The notes: generated from the letters alone by a model not told the origin. Counted from the stretch's first letter, positions 40,478-50,583 are shown. The stretch is 64,000 nt of DNA from Promethearchaeia archaeon (GCA_029856155.1 JAHQWL010000040.1:96001-160000); one strand, 5' to 3'. A program made the numbers and translations.

Positions 40478-41206
40478 TTGAAAGTCGATGATAAATTATT
40501 AAAGAAATCGTTAAACGCTGCTATTAATTTTTCTATAATGAAGAAAGAAGGATTTAAAGAAAAAGTTAGGAAATTCGACGAGTCTATTGATCTCATAATT
40601 AATATTAAAGATATTAACTTAAACGATCCAAAAAACAGAATTGATAAAGAAATTATCTTATCAAATGAAGTAGTTTCAAATGATAAGCCTAGTATTTGTG
40701 TAATTGCGTCAGATGAGATTTTACTAGAGGCGAAAAAACTTGGGATAGACACTCTAGATTCCAGCGGTTTGATTAATTTGAATAATGAAGAGAAAAAATA
40801 TAAGAAAAAATTTGCCAAAAAATATGAATATTTTGTTGTAGAAGATAAAATGATGAGAGATGTTGCTCGATACTTAGCAAGATTTCTTGGTCCAGTTGGT
40901 AAAATGCCAAAACCTTTCCCTACAGGATATGGGATCATTTCCAGCCCAGAAGATTTAAACGTCGCTTATGAGCGATATAAAAAAATAATTAGGATTCAAA
41001 TGAAAAAGCAACCAATTATTTTCGCTAAAATCGGTAAAAAATCTCTGGACAGGGAGAAGTTATATGAAAATATTAAGGTTGTAGTGAATTTTATTGCTGA
41101 TCAAATGCCACATAAATTTAACAACTTTAAATCTATGTATCTTAAATCTACAATGGGAAAACCCGTGAAAGTGACAGAAGAGTTCCTAAAAAGTATTGAG
41201 GTGTGA
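40478..41206 (+). CDS. rpl1: 50S ribosomal protein uL1
   Basis: RKFDESIDLIINIKD, LGPVGKMP, KSTMGKPVK. Confidence 0.95.
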   Translation: MKVDDKLLKKSLNAAINFSIMKKEGFKEKVRKFDESIDLIINIKDINLNDPKNRIDKEIILSNEVVSNDKPSICVIASDEILLEAKKLGIDTLDSSGLINLNNEEKKYKKKFAKKYEYFVVEDKMMRDVARYLARFLGPVGKMPKPFPTGYGIISSPEDLNVAYERYKKIIRIQMKKQPIIFAKIGKKSLDREKLYENIKVVVNFIADQMPHKFNNFKSMYLKSTMGKPVKVTEEFLKSIEV

Positions 41207-41210
41207 AATA

Positions 41211-42104
41211 ATGATTAAAAAAAAACATATACCACAATGGAAGATAGATGAAATTAATCATTTAATTGATTTATTTAAAAATTATAAGAACATCGCTGTA
41301 ATCGATGTTGCTCATATAAACGATATGCAATTTCAAACAATGAGGAAAATTTTGAGAGAAAAAGCAATATTTAGGATGTCTAAAAAATCACTTCAATTAC
41401 GAGCAATAGAAGGGTTTAAAAGTGAAGCTAAAAAGAAAAACTTAGATGAATTTGCAAATCATATTCCTGGACAATCTAGTCTTGTATTTACAAATATTGA
41501 TCTTTTTGAATTAAAAAAGATATTTCTTGAAAATGAGTGGATGGTACCAGCAAAACCCAATGAAGTTACTCCCGTAGATATATGGGTTCCAGCGGGTGAT
41601 ACTGGTTTGCCCACAGGACAAGTAATTAGTGAATTGAATATGACATTGCGATTACCAACGAGAATTATGAATGATACGATACACGTTCGTGAAGATACAA
41701 GAACCCATAAAGCTGGTGATGTAGTTAATGTTAAGCAAGCAGCAGTTTTAAAAAAGTTGGGAATTACACCAATAGAATCATTGATAAGAATTCACTTTGC
41801 GTGGAGCGACGGTGAAATAATCCCTGAAGAAATCTTATATATGGATATGGTAAAATTCAGACATGATGTTGCGAGAGCTTATAGAGAGGCACTAGGAATT
41901 CTTTTTGACATGCCATTCTATTCAGAGGAAATGACGGATGAATATATTCGGAAAGCTGTATCTGAATGTAATACAATAGAAGCAATGATCTTTGGAGAGG
42001 GGATCAAGTTATCAGCTGAACCAGAATCTAAAGTTGAAGAAAAAGAGGCTGAAGAGGAACCCGAGGAGGAAGAAGAAGTTGGTATTGGAGGTCTTTTTGG
42101 ATAA
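41211..42104 (+). CDS. rpl10: 50S ribosomal protein uL10 (P0)
   Basis: IPQWKIDE, VPAGDTGLPTG, LKKLGITP, acidic tail ending GIGGLFG; start at ATG 41211. Confidence 0.95.
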   Translation: MIKKKHIPQWKIDEINHLIDLFKNYKNIAVIDVAHINDMQFQTMRKILREKAIFRMSKKSLQLRAIEGFKSEAKKKNLDEFANHIPGQSSLVFTNIDLFELKKIFLENEWMVPAKPNEVTPVDIWVPAGDTGLPTGQVISELNMTLRLPTRIMNDTIHVREDTRTHKAGDVVNVKQAAVLKKLGITPIESLIRIHFAWSDGEIIPEEILYMDMVKFRHDVARAYREALGILFDMPFYSEEMTDEYIRKAVSECNTIEAMIFGEGIKLSAEPESKVEEKEAEEEPEEEEEVGIGGLFG

Positions 42105-42179
42105 AAAATTAAGATTTTTTGAAATTTTACTTAAAATTACTAATATTAAGATAAAAAAATAAAAAAGAGGTTAAATTTT

Positions 42180-42470
42180 ATGGAAAGTATTTACGCTGCC
42201 TTATTATTACATAAAGCTGGAGGAAAAATTAACGAAGCGAATGTACAAAAGGTATTAACTGCCGCAGGTGCGAAAGTTGATAAAGATCAAATCGTTAAAT
42301 TAATTGCTGGATTAAAGGAAGCAGATATTGATGAAATTATAAAATCTGCTGGGTCTATGCCGGTAATTGCAGCTCCTGCTGGAGGAAAAACTGAAAAAAA
42401 GCAGGAAAAAAAGCAGGAAAAAGAAGAAGAAGTCGAAGAAGAGCCTACGGGGATTGGATCCCTTTTTTAA
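42180..42470 (+). CDS. rpl12: 50S ribosomal protein P1/L12
   Basis: MESIYAALLLHKAG...EEEEVEEEPTGIGSLF. Confidence 0.95.
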   Translation: MESIYAALLLHKAGGKINEANVQKVLTAAGAKVDKDQIVKLIAGLKEADIDEIIKSAGSMPVIAAPAGGKTEKKQEKKQEKEEEVEEEPTGIGSLF

Positions 42471-42842
42471 GCACACTAAGAAACAATTCCTTAACTGAGA
42501 AAGCAATTTGGCAAATAAAATAATAAATATTAATAAAAAAATAACAGAAAAGGAAGATTTATATAAACCGATTTTAATTTTAAATTAAATCGTTAGAATT
42601 TTATTTAATTAATTTTGGTTTTTATAACATAAACGACAGATATTTTTTTATTTACTTTTTTTGTATTTTATAATTTTACTGTAAATAAGTAAATCATTAT
42701 CATATTAGATACATCATTAAATCGCAAACTTTTTTTAAAATTCTATTTTTTTAAAATTACACTTCAAATTTAAGAATTTGATATTAATAACATAGTGCAA
42801 TTATCACCAAATATTCAAAAAAACTTACGTTGCTGATTAAAT

Positions 42843-44330
42843 ATGGCTGGAAAGTTCCTTAAATTCTTCACACCATTCGTAAAAGCAATGCCGGAAATCA
42901 AACAGCCGCAGCGTGAGGTTAGTTTTAAAGAAAAATTCATTTGGACAGCGGTTGTACTTATTATTTATTTAATATTAAGTAATATTCCTCTATACGGTGT
43001 AAACCTTGCAGAATCAACTGATTATTTCTATTGGTTAAGAGTTATTCTTGCTAGTCAGAGAGGAACATTGACGGAATTAGGTATAGGTCCGATAGTCACA
43101 GCGGGTCTTATTATGCAATTGCTTCTAGGGTCTAAAATAATCAATGTAAATATGGCTGATCCATATGATAGAGCTATGTTTAGTGGAGCTCAAAAAGTGA
43201 TGGCAGTGTTTTTAACCATTTTCAATGCTATAGCATATATTGCGGGAGGAGCATTTGGAAAATTAGGAGGCGCTGATGGAATAGGTATACAGGGAGCATT
43301 TTTTATTTTCTTTCAATTACTATTTGCGGGAATAATTATAATATTATTAGATGAATTGCTTCAAAAGGGATGGGGTCTTGGCAGCGGAGTTTCCTTATTT
43401 ATAGCAGCAGGGGTTGCAGGTCAAATATTTTGGAATTGTTTCAGCTGGGTTCCAGCTCAAGATAATCTTCCTAGAGGGGTTGTTATCGCTTTCTTTACCG
43501 TGTTATTTGATGGAAAATCTAGCACAAATCTAGGGCAGATTTTATTAAGAGGTCCCTTTCCCTCGTTAGTTGGTATAATTACCACCGTCACTATCTTTCT
43601 TTTAGTGATTTGGTTTGAATCTACACGCATTGAAATCCCACTTGCATATCGAGGCTATCGAGGTTTTAAAGGGAAATATCCGATGAAATTGCTTTATGTT
43701 TCAAATATTCCTGTAATTTTGGTTAATGCATTATATGCCAACGTTTTATTCTTTGGGCAATTGTTCGCGGGTCCGTATTCAGGAATACGAGCTAGTAATG
43801 GTGGATTGATTGATGATTTTTGGGTTAATTTAATAGGTATATTCAAAATTGAAGAAGGGACCGGTACTGTGGGAGGAAACCAACTTATACCTACATCTGG
43901 GTTGATATATTTACTTACTCCGCCATTGGGAATTGATCAAGTGGCATCAGATCCATTCCGTGCAATCTTTTATCTGGTAGTATTTATTTTTCTTTGCATA
44001 TTGCTCGGCCGAGTTTGGGTTGAAGTTTCGGGTCTTTCGCCCAGAGATATCGCAGATCAAATAATAGATTCAAAGATGCAGGTTCCCGGGTTCAGGAGCT
44101 CAGCGAAAATAATCGAGCGAATTTTAAAAAGGTACATCCCGACTTTGGTGATTTTAAACGGAATCATTATCGCGGTGTTAAGTTTTACTGCAGATACGTT
44201 AAGGGCTCTAACTTCAGGCACGGGATTACTAATTGCTATAGGAATTATCCATAATTATGCCGAGACAATCAGTAAAGAGCTAGCTGCGAGTCAGTATCCA
44301 GGCATGCGTGCAATGCTTGGAATGGATTAA
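42843..44330 (+). CDS. secY: Preprotein translocase SecY/Sec61alpha
   Basis: GTLTELGIGPIVTAGLIMQLL, KGWGLGSGVSLFI, YPMKLLYVSNIP, RYIP, SGTGLLIA. Confidence 0.97.
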   Translation: MAGKFLKFFTPFVKAMPEIKQPQREVSFKEKFIWTAVVLIIYLILSNIPLYGVNLAESTDYFYWLRVILASQRGTLTELGIGPIVTAGLIMQLLLGSKIINVNMADPYDRAMFSGAQKVMAVFLTIFNAIAYIAGGAFGKLGGADGIGIQGAFFIFFQLLFAGIIIILLDELLQKGWGLGSGVSLFIAAGVAGQIFWNCFSWVPAQDNLPRGVVIAFFTVLFDGKSSTNLGQILLRGPFPSLVGIITTVTIFLLVIWFESTRIEIPLAYRGYRGFKGKYPMKLLYVSNIPVILVNALYANVLFFGQLFAGPYSGIRASNGGLIDDFWVNLIGIFKIEEGTGTVGGNQLIPTSGLIYLLTPPLGIDQVASDPFRAIFYLVVFIFLCILLGRVWVEVSGLSPRDIADQIIDSKMQVPGFRSSAKIIERILKRYIPTLVILNGIIIAVLSFTADTLRALTSGTGLLIAIGIIHNYAETISKELAASQYPGMRAMLGMD

Positions 44331-44538
44331 ATCCATAGTTAAATAGAAAATCACTGATGAAGATTACAGGCAAGAAATAATACTTTAATTCAGATAAAGA
44401 TTATCTTATCGTCTCAAATTATTTGTGCTACATTTTAAACATTTATTTTAGAGATTCATTCCTCTATAAAGAGAAAAAATTTCAAAAGAACAAGACAACA
44501 ACAATTATATTAAAAAAAAAGCCCTAAATATTCTTAAC

Positions 44539-45114
44539 CTAATAAATTAGGAATTTATTATAGACACACATAGTCATAAAGTCGTCAACATCTTGCTGTG
44601 TATCTCCAAAAATTTTCACTGTGTGTCCAGAATCAGTTTTTTGAATGTCAACCCGAAATCCAGATTGAAGTGCAATACGTTCAATCATCATAGATTCAAT
44701 TTTTGAATTATGTCCTTCTAGATGATGCTCTGCAAAATGATCTCCTTTAGCTAATGTACGACAATGTCCTACTTGGCATGATTTCTCCTCTCCCCTTTGA
44801 TTTCTATAAGTGCAATGTCCCATATCGGACTCTGGTTTTTCCAACAAGGTTACAACTCCACTACCTGCTGTCTCGATAAAACAAAATATCAAATCACCAA
44901 TTTCAGCATTTTTTATTAAGTCGAGCGCAAGTTGTTTATGTAATTTGGATAAAAACTTACTATATTTCATTTCCTCTTGAATTGGAGGGCACGCTTGACT
45001 GAGTAGGGACTTTGCGGTCTCTTTATCTTGATTTACCCAACTAGCCAAAACCCACAATATTTGATGATTCAATTTAAAGTTCTTGGCATTGATAAGTCTC
45101 CTGAACCTGATCAA
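44539..45114 (-). CDS. Hypothetical protein (start uncertain)
   Basis: 191-aa ORF with His/Cys-rich centre; 5' end overlaps an opposite-strand ORF. Confidence 0.5.
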   Translation of the reverse strand: MIRFRRLINAKNFKLNHQILWVLASWVNQDKETAKSLLSQACPPIQEEMKYSKFLSKLHKQLALDLIKNAEIGDLIFCFIETAGSGVVTLLEKPESDMGHCTYRNQRGEEKSCQVGHCRTLAKGDHFAEHHLEGHNSKIESMMIERIALQSGFRVDIQKTDSGHTVKIFGDTQQDVDDFMTMCVYNKFLIY

Positions 45115-45399
45115 ACAGTTTCTGTTGAGACCCTAGTTATTTGGTTATTTTTTATAACAGGTTCTCTTGCATCGTTTTATTTGCTTTATATTTCAGCTAA
45201 GATATTAAAGCAGAAGCTACGAGATAAACGAAATCTTATCAATTTTTTAAATAATATTGAAGGATTAAAACTGTTTAAGAAGGAATTAGTTAAACGATTT
45301 AGGAATGTTGAAAACCTTAGAAAAGCATCAAAAGAAGAGATTGCTCAAATTGTTGGAAAAAAATTAGCTAATAAAATCTATTTATCTTTAGTTAGCTAG
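45064..45399 (+). CDS. Possible gene fragment: one TM helix plus UvrC-like helix-hairpin-helix
   Basis: KKELVKRFRNVENLRKASKEEIAQIVGKKLANKIY resembles the UvrC/ERCC4 HhH2 C-terminus. Confidence 0.45.
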   Translation: MIQFKVLGIDKSPEPDQTVSVETLVIWLFFITGSLASFYLLYISAKILKQKLRDKRNLINFLNNIEGLKLFKKELVKRFRNVENLRKASKEEIAQIVGKKLANKIYLSLVS

Positions 45400-45566
45400 A
45401 TTAGATTTAGACTAATAGTAAAATAAGTCGAAGAAAGCGTTATTTGTATTAAAAAAATCTTATATTTTCTCAATTAATTAGAATATTTTAAAATTTTAGA
45501 TAGGTTTTTCTGAAAAGAACCTCATCTGAAAAGTTTATTACAATTTTAATATAATTAAATATTGAT

Positions 45567-46169
45567 ATGTTGTTTTCAATCTTTCAAAATGCATTTTTGG
45601 ATTTGATTACCACTCCTCCTGGATCAATGATATTTGTTCTATTGTTAGCTTTAACAACAGCATTAATAAGTGCTCTTTTGACAAAATGGTTGGTAGATAC
45701 AAAAGAAATAAACCGGAAACAAACACAAACCAAAGCTCATGAAGAAGAAAAACAAAAGATCATCGATTTGGCTGAAGTAGACCCAGAACGTTATAGAAAA
45801 GCTCGAAAAAGATGGGAACGGAAAGATGCTATGGTAAAAAAGTCTCAACAAAAAATGTCACTTCAAAGGATGAAACCAACGTGTATAACCTTTGTTCCAA
45901 TGATTATTATTTTTGGTATTGTGAATACGTTGTTTAGAGGAGCTCCAGTTGCTCTTAGTCCTATGAATGCTAATGATGTTCCTTTAATAGGAAATTTTAT
46001 CAGTTCTGGCTCAGTTTGGATCAATTTTACAGCTTGGTATTTCCTATGTTCATTAGGAATTAATACATTAACACAAAGATTGCTGAAACTTCAGTCACAA
46101 GCTTCTGGTGGTATGGGGGGAATGTTTGCAGGGCAAAAAGCAAAAGCCTTAGAATTTCCTGATGTTTAA
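45567..46169 (+). CDS. DUF106/EMC3-TMCO1 (Oxa1 superfamily) membrane insertase
   Basis: TM-coiled coil-MKPTCITFVPMIIIF-WYFLCS; usual position after secY. Confidence 0.88.
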   Translation: MLFSIFQNAFLDLITTPPGSMIFVLLLALTTALISALLTKWLVDTKEINRKQTQTKAHEEEKQKIIDLAEVDPERYRKARKRWERKDAMVKKSQQKMSLQRMKPTCITFVPMIIIFGIVNTLFRGAPVALSPMNANDVPLIGNFISSGSVWINFTAWYFLCSLGINTLTQRLLKLQSQASGGMGGMFAGQKAKALEFPDV

Positions 46170-46194
46170 TTTAACATATCTATAGAGAGAAATA

Positions 46195-46327
46195 CGCAAC
46201 GGGAGGGATTTATTCCTATAAGAAGAGCTTTCTTATATTTTGAACCCCCGAGTGCATTCACACACTGGCTTTCTGGGTGAGACTTACCACTCCAAGCCAG
46301 CGCCGTACCGGGCTAGGCAACCGTTGC
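46195..46327 (-). tRNA. tRNA-Ser(GGA) with two BHB introns (37/38: 46271-46289, 19 nt; 58/59: 46210-46239, 30 nt)
   Basis: Acceptor GCAACGG/CCGTTGC+G, anticodon stem CTGGC/GCCAG, long variable arm, T-loop TTCAAAT after splicing; BHB helices TTGG/CCAG and GTTC/GAAT. Confidence 0.92.
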
Positions 46328-46375
46328 ATTTAAAAAATAAAAATAAAATGTTTATTATGTTACTCTTTATTCTGA

Positions 46376-46663
46376 CTATTTTATTGGGATAGAGATAACT
46401 TCCTTCATTTTCTTTTCTAATTTAGCTTTTTTGATTGCAGTTTCTACCTGTTCATGTGATGCTCCTTTTTTAATTTCTATTGTTTCTGTGATTGGTTCGA
46501 TATGTCTATAATTTACTCTTCTTCTTCGGACTTTTAATCCGTCAATCAGCAAGTAATTTTTATCAATAATATCAACAATTACACAACGATATCCTGCCTC
46601 TCTTCCCATAGTTTTAACACATAGTCTACCAATATCATATACGCTCATATAATTTGTCACCAA
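46376..46663 (-). CDS. rpl14e: 50S ribosomal protein eL14
   Basis: IGRLCVKTMGREAG...VRRRRVNYRHIEP. Confidence 0.95.
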   Translation of the reverse strand: MVTNYMSVYDIGRLCVKTMGREAGYRCVIVDIIDKNYLLIDGLKVRRRRVNYRHIEPITETIEIKKGASHEQVETAIKKAKLEKKMKEVISIPIK

Positions 46664-46788
46664 ATTATTTTTAGATAATTCTTAATTACTGGCTATTTTT
46701 AATATCCAGTAAACGTAATTAATTTATAGTATTATTATAAATCAATATTAAAATAAAATTTTTATGTTTTTTAAAACTTAAAAGATAA

Positions 46789-47322
46789 TTACAATTTTTT
46801 TAATTTTGTAAGAATTTTTTCTACGATATCTTCGATTGTGAGGTTTTCTGTGTTTATTATAAGATCATATATTCTTTTTAAAGTCTCTTGATCACTCAAA
46901 TCAATGTCATAGAGACTTTTAAATCGTTCCAATTCTGATTTTTCTCTTAATTTAGTTTCTTTTAATTTTTTTTCATAATCTGTATTGTCTCTTTCAGCCA
47001 TCCGTTTAACTCTGATTTCTAAAGGACATAATAATATTATTTTAAAATCCGCTATAGTTTTCAGAATGTGCCCACTTAATTGACTATCAATAATTATATT
47101 CCTTTTTTGAGCAATTTTTTCAATTTTCTCATCTAGTCTTTCATCAATTTTAGGATTTTTTTCTACATATTTAGTAAATTCTTCTAAAGTCATATTCATT
47201 TCTTGCGCTAGATCTCTGAAAGCTTGTCCAGTACTATAATATTGGATTCCGAGCTTTTCTGCTATCAATTTTCCTATTGTAGATTTTCCAGTTCCATGAA
47301 GCCCTGAAATGGTTATTATCAT
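46789..47322 (-). CDS. cmk: Cytidylate kinase (archaeal)
   Basis: ITISGLHGTGKST, STGQAFR, RFKSLYDID; lies between eL34 and eL14. Confidence 0.93.
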   Translation of the reverse strand: MIITISGLHGTGKSTIGKLIAEKLGIQYYSTGQAFRDLAQEMNMTLEEFTKYVEKNPKIDERLDEKIEKIAQKRNIIIDSQLSGHILKTIADFKIILLCPLEIRVKRMAERDNTDYEKKLKETKLREKSELERFKSLYDIDLSDQETLKRIYDLIINTENLTIEDIVEKILTKLKKL

Positions 47323-47425
47323 TGTTTTTAGTTATTTTAAATTTAAATATTAATTCAATTAAGAAGAATAATATTTATGATTTTTACGATTACAGGAATA
47401 GAATCTAAAAAAAATCAGAGAACTA

Positions 47426-47695
47426 TTATTGAGTCCAAACAGTCTGTTTTATTAAAGTTTGAAGACAATTTGCACAATACCTTCCACTTTCCACTCTATT
47501 TGCTCTTCTTGAGGTCATTTGGGTTTTAACCATTTTAGCAGGTCGTAATCTTGGAACAGACTGAAGAGGTCTTTTACAAATCGCACAATTTGCTCTTTTG
47601 GGTTTTTTTCTCCAATAATGAGTGACATTTCGGTTCCCAGGTGTGCTTAGTTTTTTTCTTGCTTGAGCTTTAGATCGTAAGCCTGGACGTGGAAT
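47426..47695 (-). CDS. rpl34e: 50S ribosomal protein eL34, ATT start (missed by the ORF track)
   Basis: (M)PRPGLRSKAQARKKLSTPGNRNVTHYWRKKPKRANCAICKRPLQSVPR...SRRANRVESGRYCANCLQTLIK; no ATG/GTG/TTG in frame before the upstream TAA. Confidence 0.92.
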   Translation of the reverse strand: MPRPGLRSKAQARKKLSTPGNRNVTHYWRKKPKRANCAICKRPLQSVPRLRPAKMVKTQMTSRRANRVESGRYCANCLQTLIKQTVWTQ

Positions 47696-47781
47696 AATAA
47701 TTACCTTATATTTTTTTTCAAGATGATAATTAAATTATATGATTTTAAATAACAGAGAAAATATTAATTTTATTGTTTTGT

Positions 47782-48405
47782 TTAAGGTTTAAGATTTAAT
47801 TTATTTTGAAATTCTTTAAATAATTGATATAAATCATCTATTAATTTTTCTTTTAAATTCATGTCAGATGGAAGATGATCAATTTGTTTTACAGCATTTT
47901 GTTGTACTAACTCAACTTTATAAAGAATATCATCTAATCCAGGAAATTTAGCCAGTTTATGATTCAATTCATTAAATAAATTAAAAATAAATTCTTTTTT
48001 TGTTATACCGTCTAATGTTAAAGCATCCATTAGTGTTATAAAAGAAGAAGTTATTTCTGAAGTAATGCTTGGCAATTCTAAAAAGGTATGATGTTTAGAG
48101 GGGGTGATATTATCAGACAAATTTAGAGTAGAAACCTTATTAATGAGATCTAATACAGAGTCATATTCTTGAGATAAGTTCATTGTTTTTAGGAGATCTG
48201 GGAGGGAAAAGTGGTTTTCTTTTATAGAGATACTTAACTTTAAAAAATTATTCATTGCGCTTTTTAACGCCTTTCTGAAAAAATTATCATTAACTATGCC
48301 TTTTTGATATTTATTATTTAAATTTGTTAGAGATTTAACTAACGCAAATAGTTCAGATTCAATTTTAAATTGCATATCTGAATTGTTATTATTCTTTTCT
48401 ACCAT
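47782..48405 (-). CDS. Vps28-like ESCRT-I subunit (eukaryotic signature protein)
   Basis: ELFALVKSLTNLNNKYQKGIVNDNFF and ITSEITSSFITLMDALTL resemble the Vps28 N- and C-terminal motifs. Confidence 0.75.
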   Translation of the reverse strand: MVEKNNNNSDMQFKIESELFALVKSLTNLNNKYQKGIVNDNFFRKALKSAMNNFLKLSISIKENHFSLPDLLKTMNLSQEYDSVLDLINKVSTLNLSDNITPSKHHTFLELPSITSEITSSFITLMDALTLDGITKKEFIFNLFNELNHKLAKFPGLDDILYKVELVQQNAVKQIDHLPSDMNLKEKLIDDLYQLFKEFQNKLNLKP

Positions 48406-48470
48406 AGTACAAATAAATATTTAAAATAATCAAAATTTTTATATAACGTTTGGATTAAAAGTTAATAAAT

Positions 48471-49397
48471 TTAACCAAATAGGGTTGGTCGTAAAAAATA
48501 GAAGAATATAGCAACCACAACTCCAATAATAAATGAAGGGATTAAGACTCGAGTAGTAGAAGAATTACTTAATTCTCTTATAGCTAAGGTCATTAATATA
48601 GGTACCCATACAGCTATAGTTAAAGCATCAATTATATCTAAGACTGCCCAAGTTTTAGAATTGAACAAGTCATCAAGTACTGCTTGATTAAAAGATGTTA
48701 AATTTGTGAGACTAACTGGTGGAAAACCGGCAAGTACAATCAAAATTTTAATAGCATTCATTAATAAGAACGGTGCAAACGCACATAACATCATTTTGAA
48801 TTTATATGAACCCTCTATTTGAAGCATTGTCCCACCTTTATAAATACTAAACGGACTTACTTCTGTTTGTTCATACTTTTCTCTTTGTTCTTTTATTCCT
48901 CCAAAGCGCTTTTCTAACTTATCTGTGAATCCTACAGCGTAATTAGCACCCTTACTAAATAGCCATATTAAAATTCCATAGAATATTACTTGAAAACAAA
49001 ATCCAAACATGAAAAAAGCACCAAAAAAACTTAAATTAATGGCGGCCATGATTGGATCGAAAATATCAACACCACTAAAAGTAAAATGTGATAAAAATGC
49101 CAAACCCATTAAACCATTTAATAATGAAGAGAATAACAGAATCAGCCATCCAGGAGCTTTACTTCTTTTATGATTAATATCAAAAAAAGCTTTTGGAGGA
49201 CTCACGAAAAGATAGAGAATTTTGAAATACCATGGATATGGTGCAGACCATTCTGCTTCATATCGTCTAAAGAACCTAATATTCTCAATTCTTTCGGTTT
49301 TTAATCTAATACCACAGAAATTGCATGCAAAACTATCCGCAGTATTCTCATTTCCACATCTTGGACAACGCTGGAATGCTGCAACTGTCTTGGACAT
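48471..49397 (-). CDS. Zinc-ribbon + Yip1-like membrane protein
   Basis: CPRC...CNFC N-terminus, LFVSPPKAFFDI, about five TM helices. Confidence 0.6.
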   Translation of the reverse strand: MSKTVAAFQRCPRCGNENTADSFACNFCGIRLKTERIENIRFFRRYEAEWSAPYPWYFKILYLFVSPPKAFFDINHKRSKAPGWLILLFSSLLNGLMGLAFLSHFTFSGVDIFDPIMAAINLSFFGAFFMFGFCFQVIFYGILIWLFSKGANYAVGFTDKLEKRFGGIKEQREKYEQTEVSPFSIYKGGTMLQIEGSYKFKMMLCAFAPFLLMNAIKILIVLAGFPPVSLTNLTSFNQAVLDDLFNSKTWAVLDIIDALTIAVWVPILMTLAIRELSNSSTTRVLIPSFIIGVVVAIFFYFLRPTLFG

Positions 49398-49506
49398 TCT
49401 TATAAGTAAGTGTTATTAATTTTTATAATAATCATATAATAAAATAATCTTATAAAAATTTCTTCAAATTTTTTAACCGAACCATAATTATAACTTTCTT
49501 TATATA

Positions 49507-50583
49507 TTAATTTTTATCTAATTCTTGAAGTTCTATTATAAAATTATTATTATCATGTAAAATTCTATAATTCCTTTTTAAAAACAATTTCATTAGTTCT
49601 AAGTTAGTTTTAGTGTGGCTAGTAATCTCAAGTACTTTTATTCTCGATGATTCCTTAATGAAACCCATAAAAGGTATTAATTGATCGCTTAGATAATTAT
49701 CCACAGGAATCTCTCTTTTAACATATTTAATAAATTCATTAACAGTCCGTTTAGCAAGATTTTCAGAAGTAATATTACGTTCACCAAGTATAGTTCCGGA
49801 AGAAATAAAAGCTCCTGTATCAGAACTTGCCCATAAATATAGCCCCACTCCAGGGCTCAATGAATTTACATATTTGGAACTAATTTCAATATCCATTTTG
49901 AGTTCTTTCTTTAATTGTTGTTGAGCGGTTTTTTTTATTCTTTCACTGACTTCATTTCTTTTTAATTGATTGGCAGTAACTATTTCGCCTTGAATTAATT
50001 CAATATTCCCTAATTCAGTTAAAGATATTGGTCTCAATTTACTTTTAGAAGGATATAGAGTACATTTTACTAAAGCGCCTCCTTTAGGGTAAAAACCATG
50101 CTTTTGAATATCAACATCAATTTTAAAGCCATGATTTCTAAAAATCTTATAAGTCACTTCATTAAGGTAATTAAGACCAGGAGCCCATTTACCAAATGTA
50201 CCTCCACCGTTCACAATAATTTCAATTTTTTCTGGTGTATTGAATCCCAGACAAGCAATTTGAATCGGTTGGAGTAATAATCCTATACTTCCAGCTGTTC
50301 CAATTTCAACCCGTACATTATCTTTTATAGATTGCCTGGGATTTAAAGTGATTTCTTTAGTTCCAACCGTGCAATTAGATAAATTACTATTTGTTAATTC
50401 GGATAAGGTTTTTAATCCAATCAAATGCTGCAATCTTAGACCTGGTTTAGGTCTATTAGCTCTTATATTTTTTATTCGAATTGGGCGTTTGAATAATATT
50501 GAAAATCCCGCTCCTATTCGAAGTATCGCACCTCCACCTTCTCCGAAAGAACCATCAATTTCTAAGAATTTAGTTGTTGTCAT
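49507..50583 (-). CDS. rtcA: RNA 3'-terminal phosphate cyclase
   Basis: IDGSFGEGGGAILR, RANRPKPGLRLQHL, GFYPKGG, DQLIPF, TSHTKTN. Confidence 0.93.
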   Translation of the reverse strand: MTTTKFLEIDGSFGEGGGAILRIGAGFSILFKRPIRIKNIRANRPKPGLRLQHLIGLKTLSELTNSNLSNCTVGTKEITLNPRQSIKDNVRVEIGTAGSIGLLLQPIQIACLGFNTPEKIEIIVNGGGTFGKWAPGLNYLNEVTYKIFRNHGFKIDVDIQKHGFYPKGGALVKCTLYPSKSKLRPISLTELGNIELIQGEIVTANQLKRNEVSERIKKTAQQQLKKELKMDIEISSKYVNSLSPGVGLYLWASSDTGAFISSGTILGERNITSENLAKRTVNEFIKYVKREIPVDNYLSDQLIPFMGFIKESSRIKVLEITSHTKTNLELMKLFLKRNYRILHDNNNFIIELQELDKN

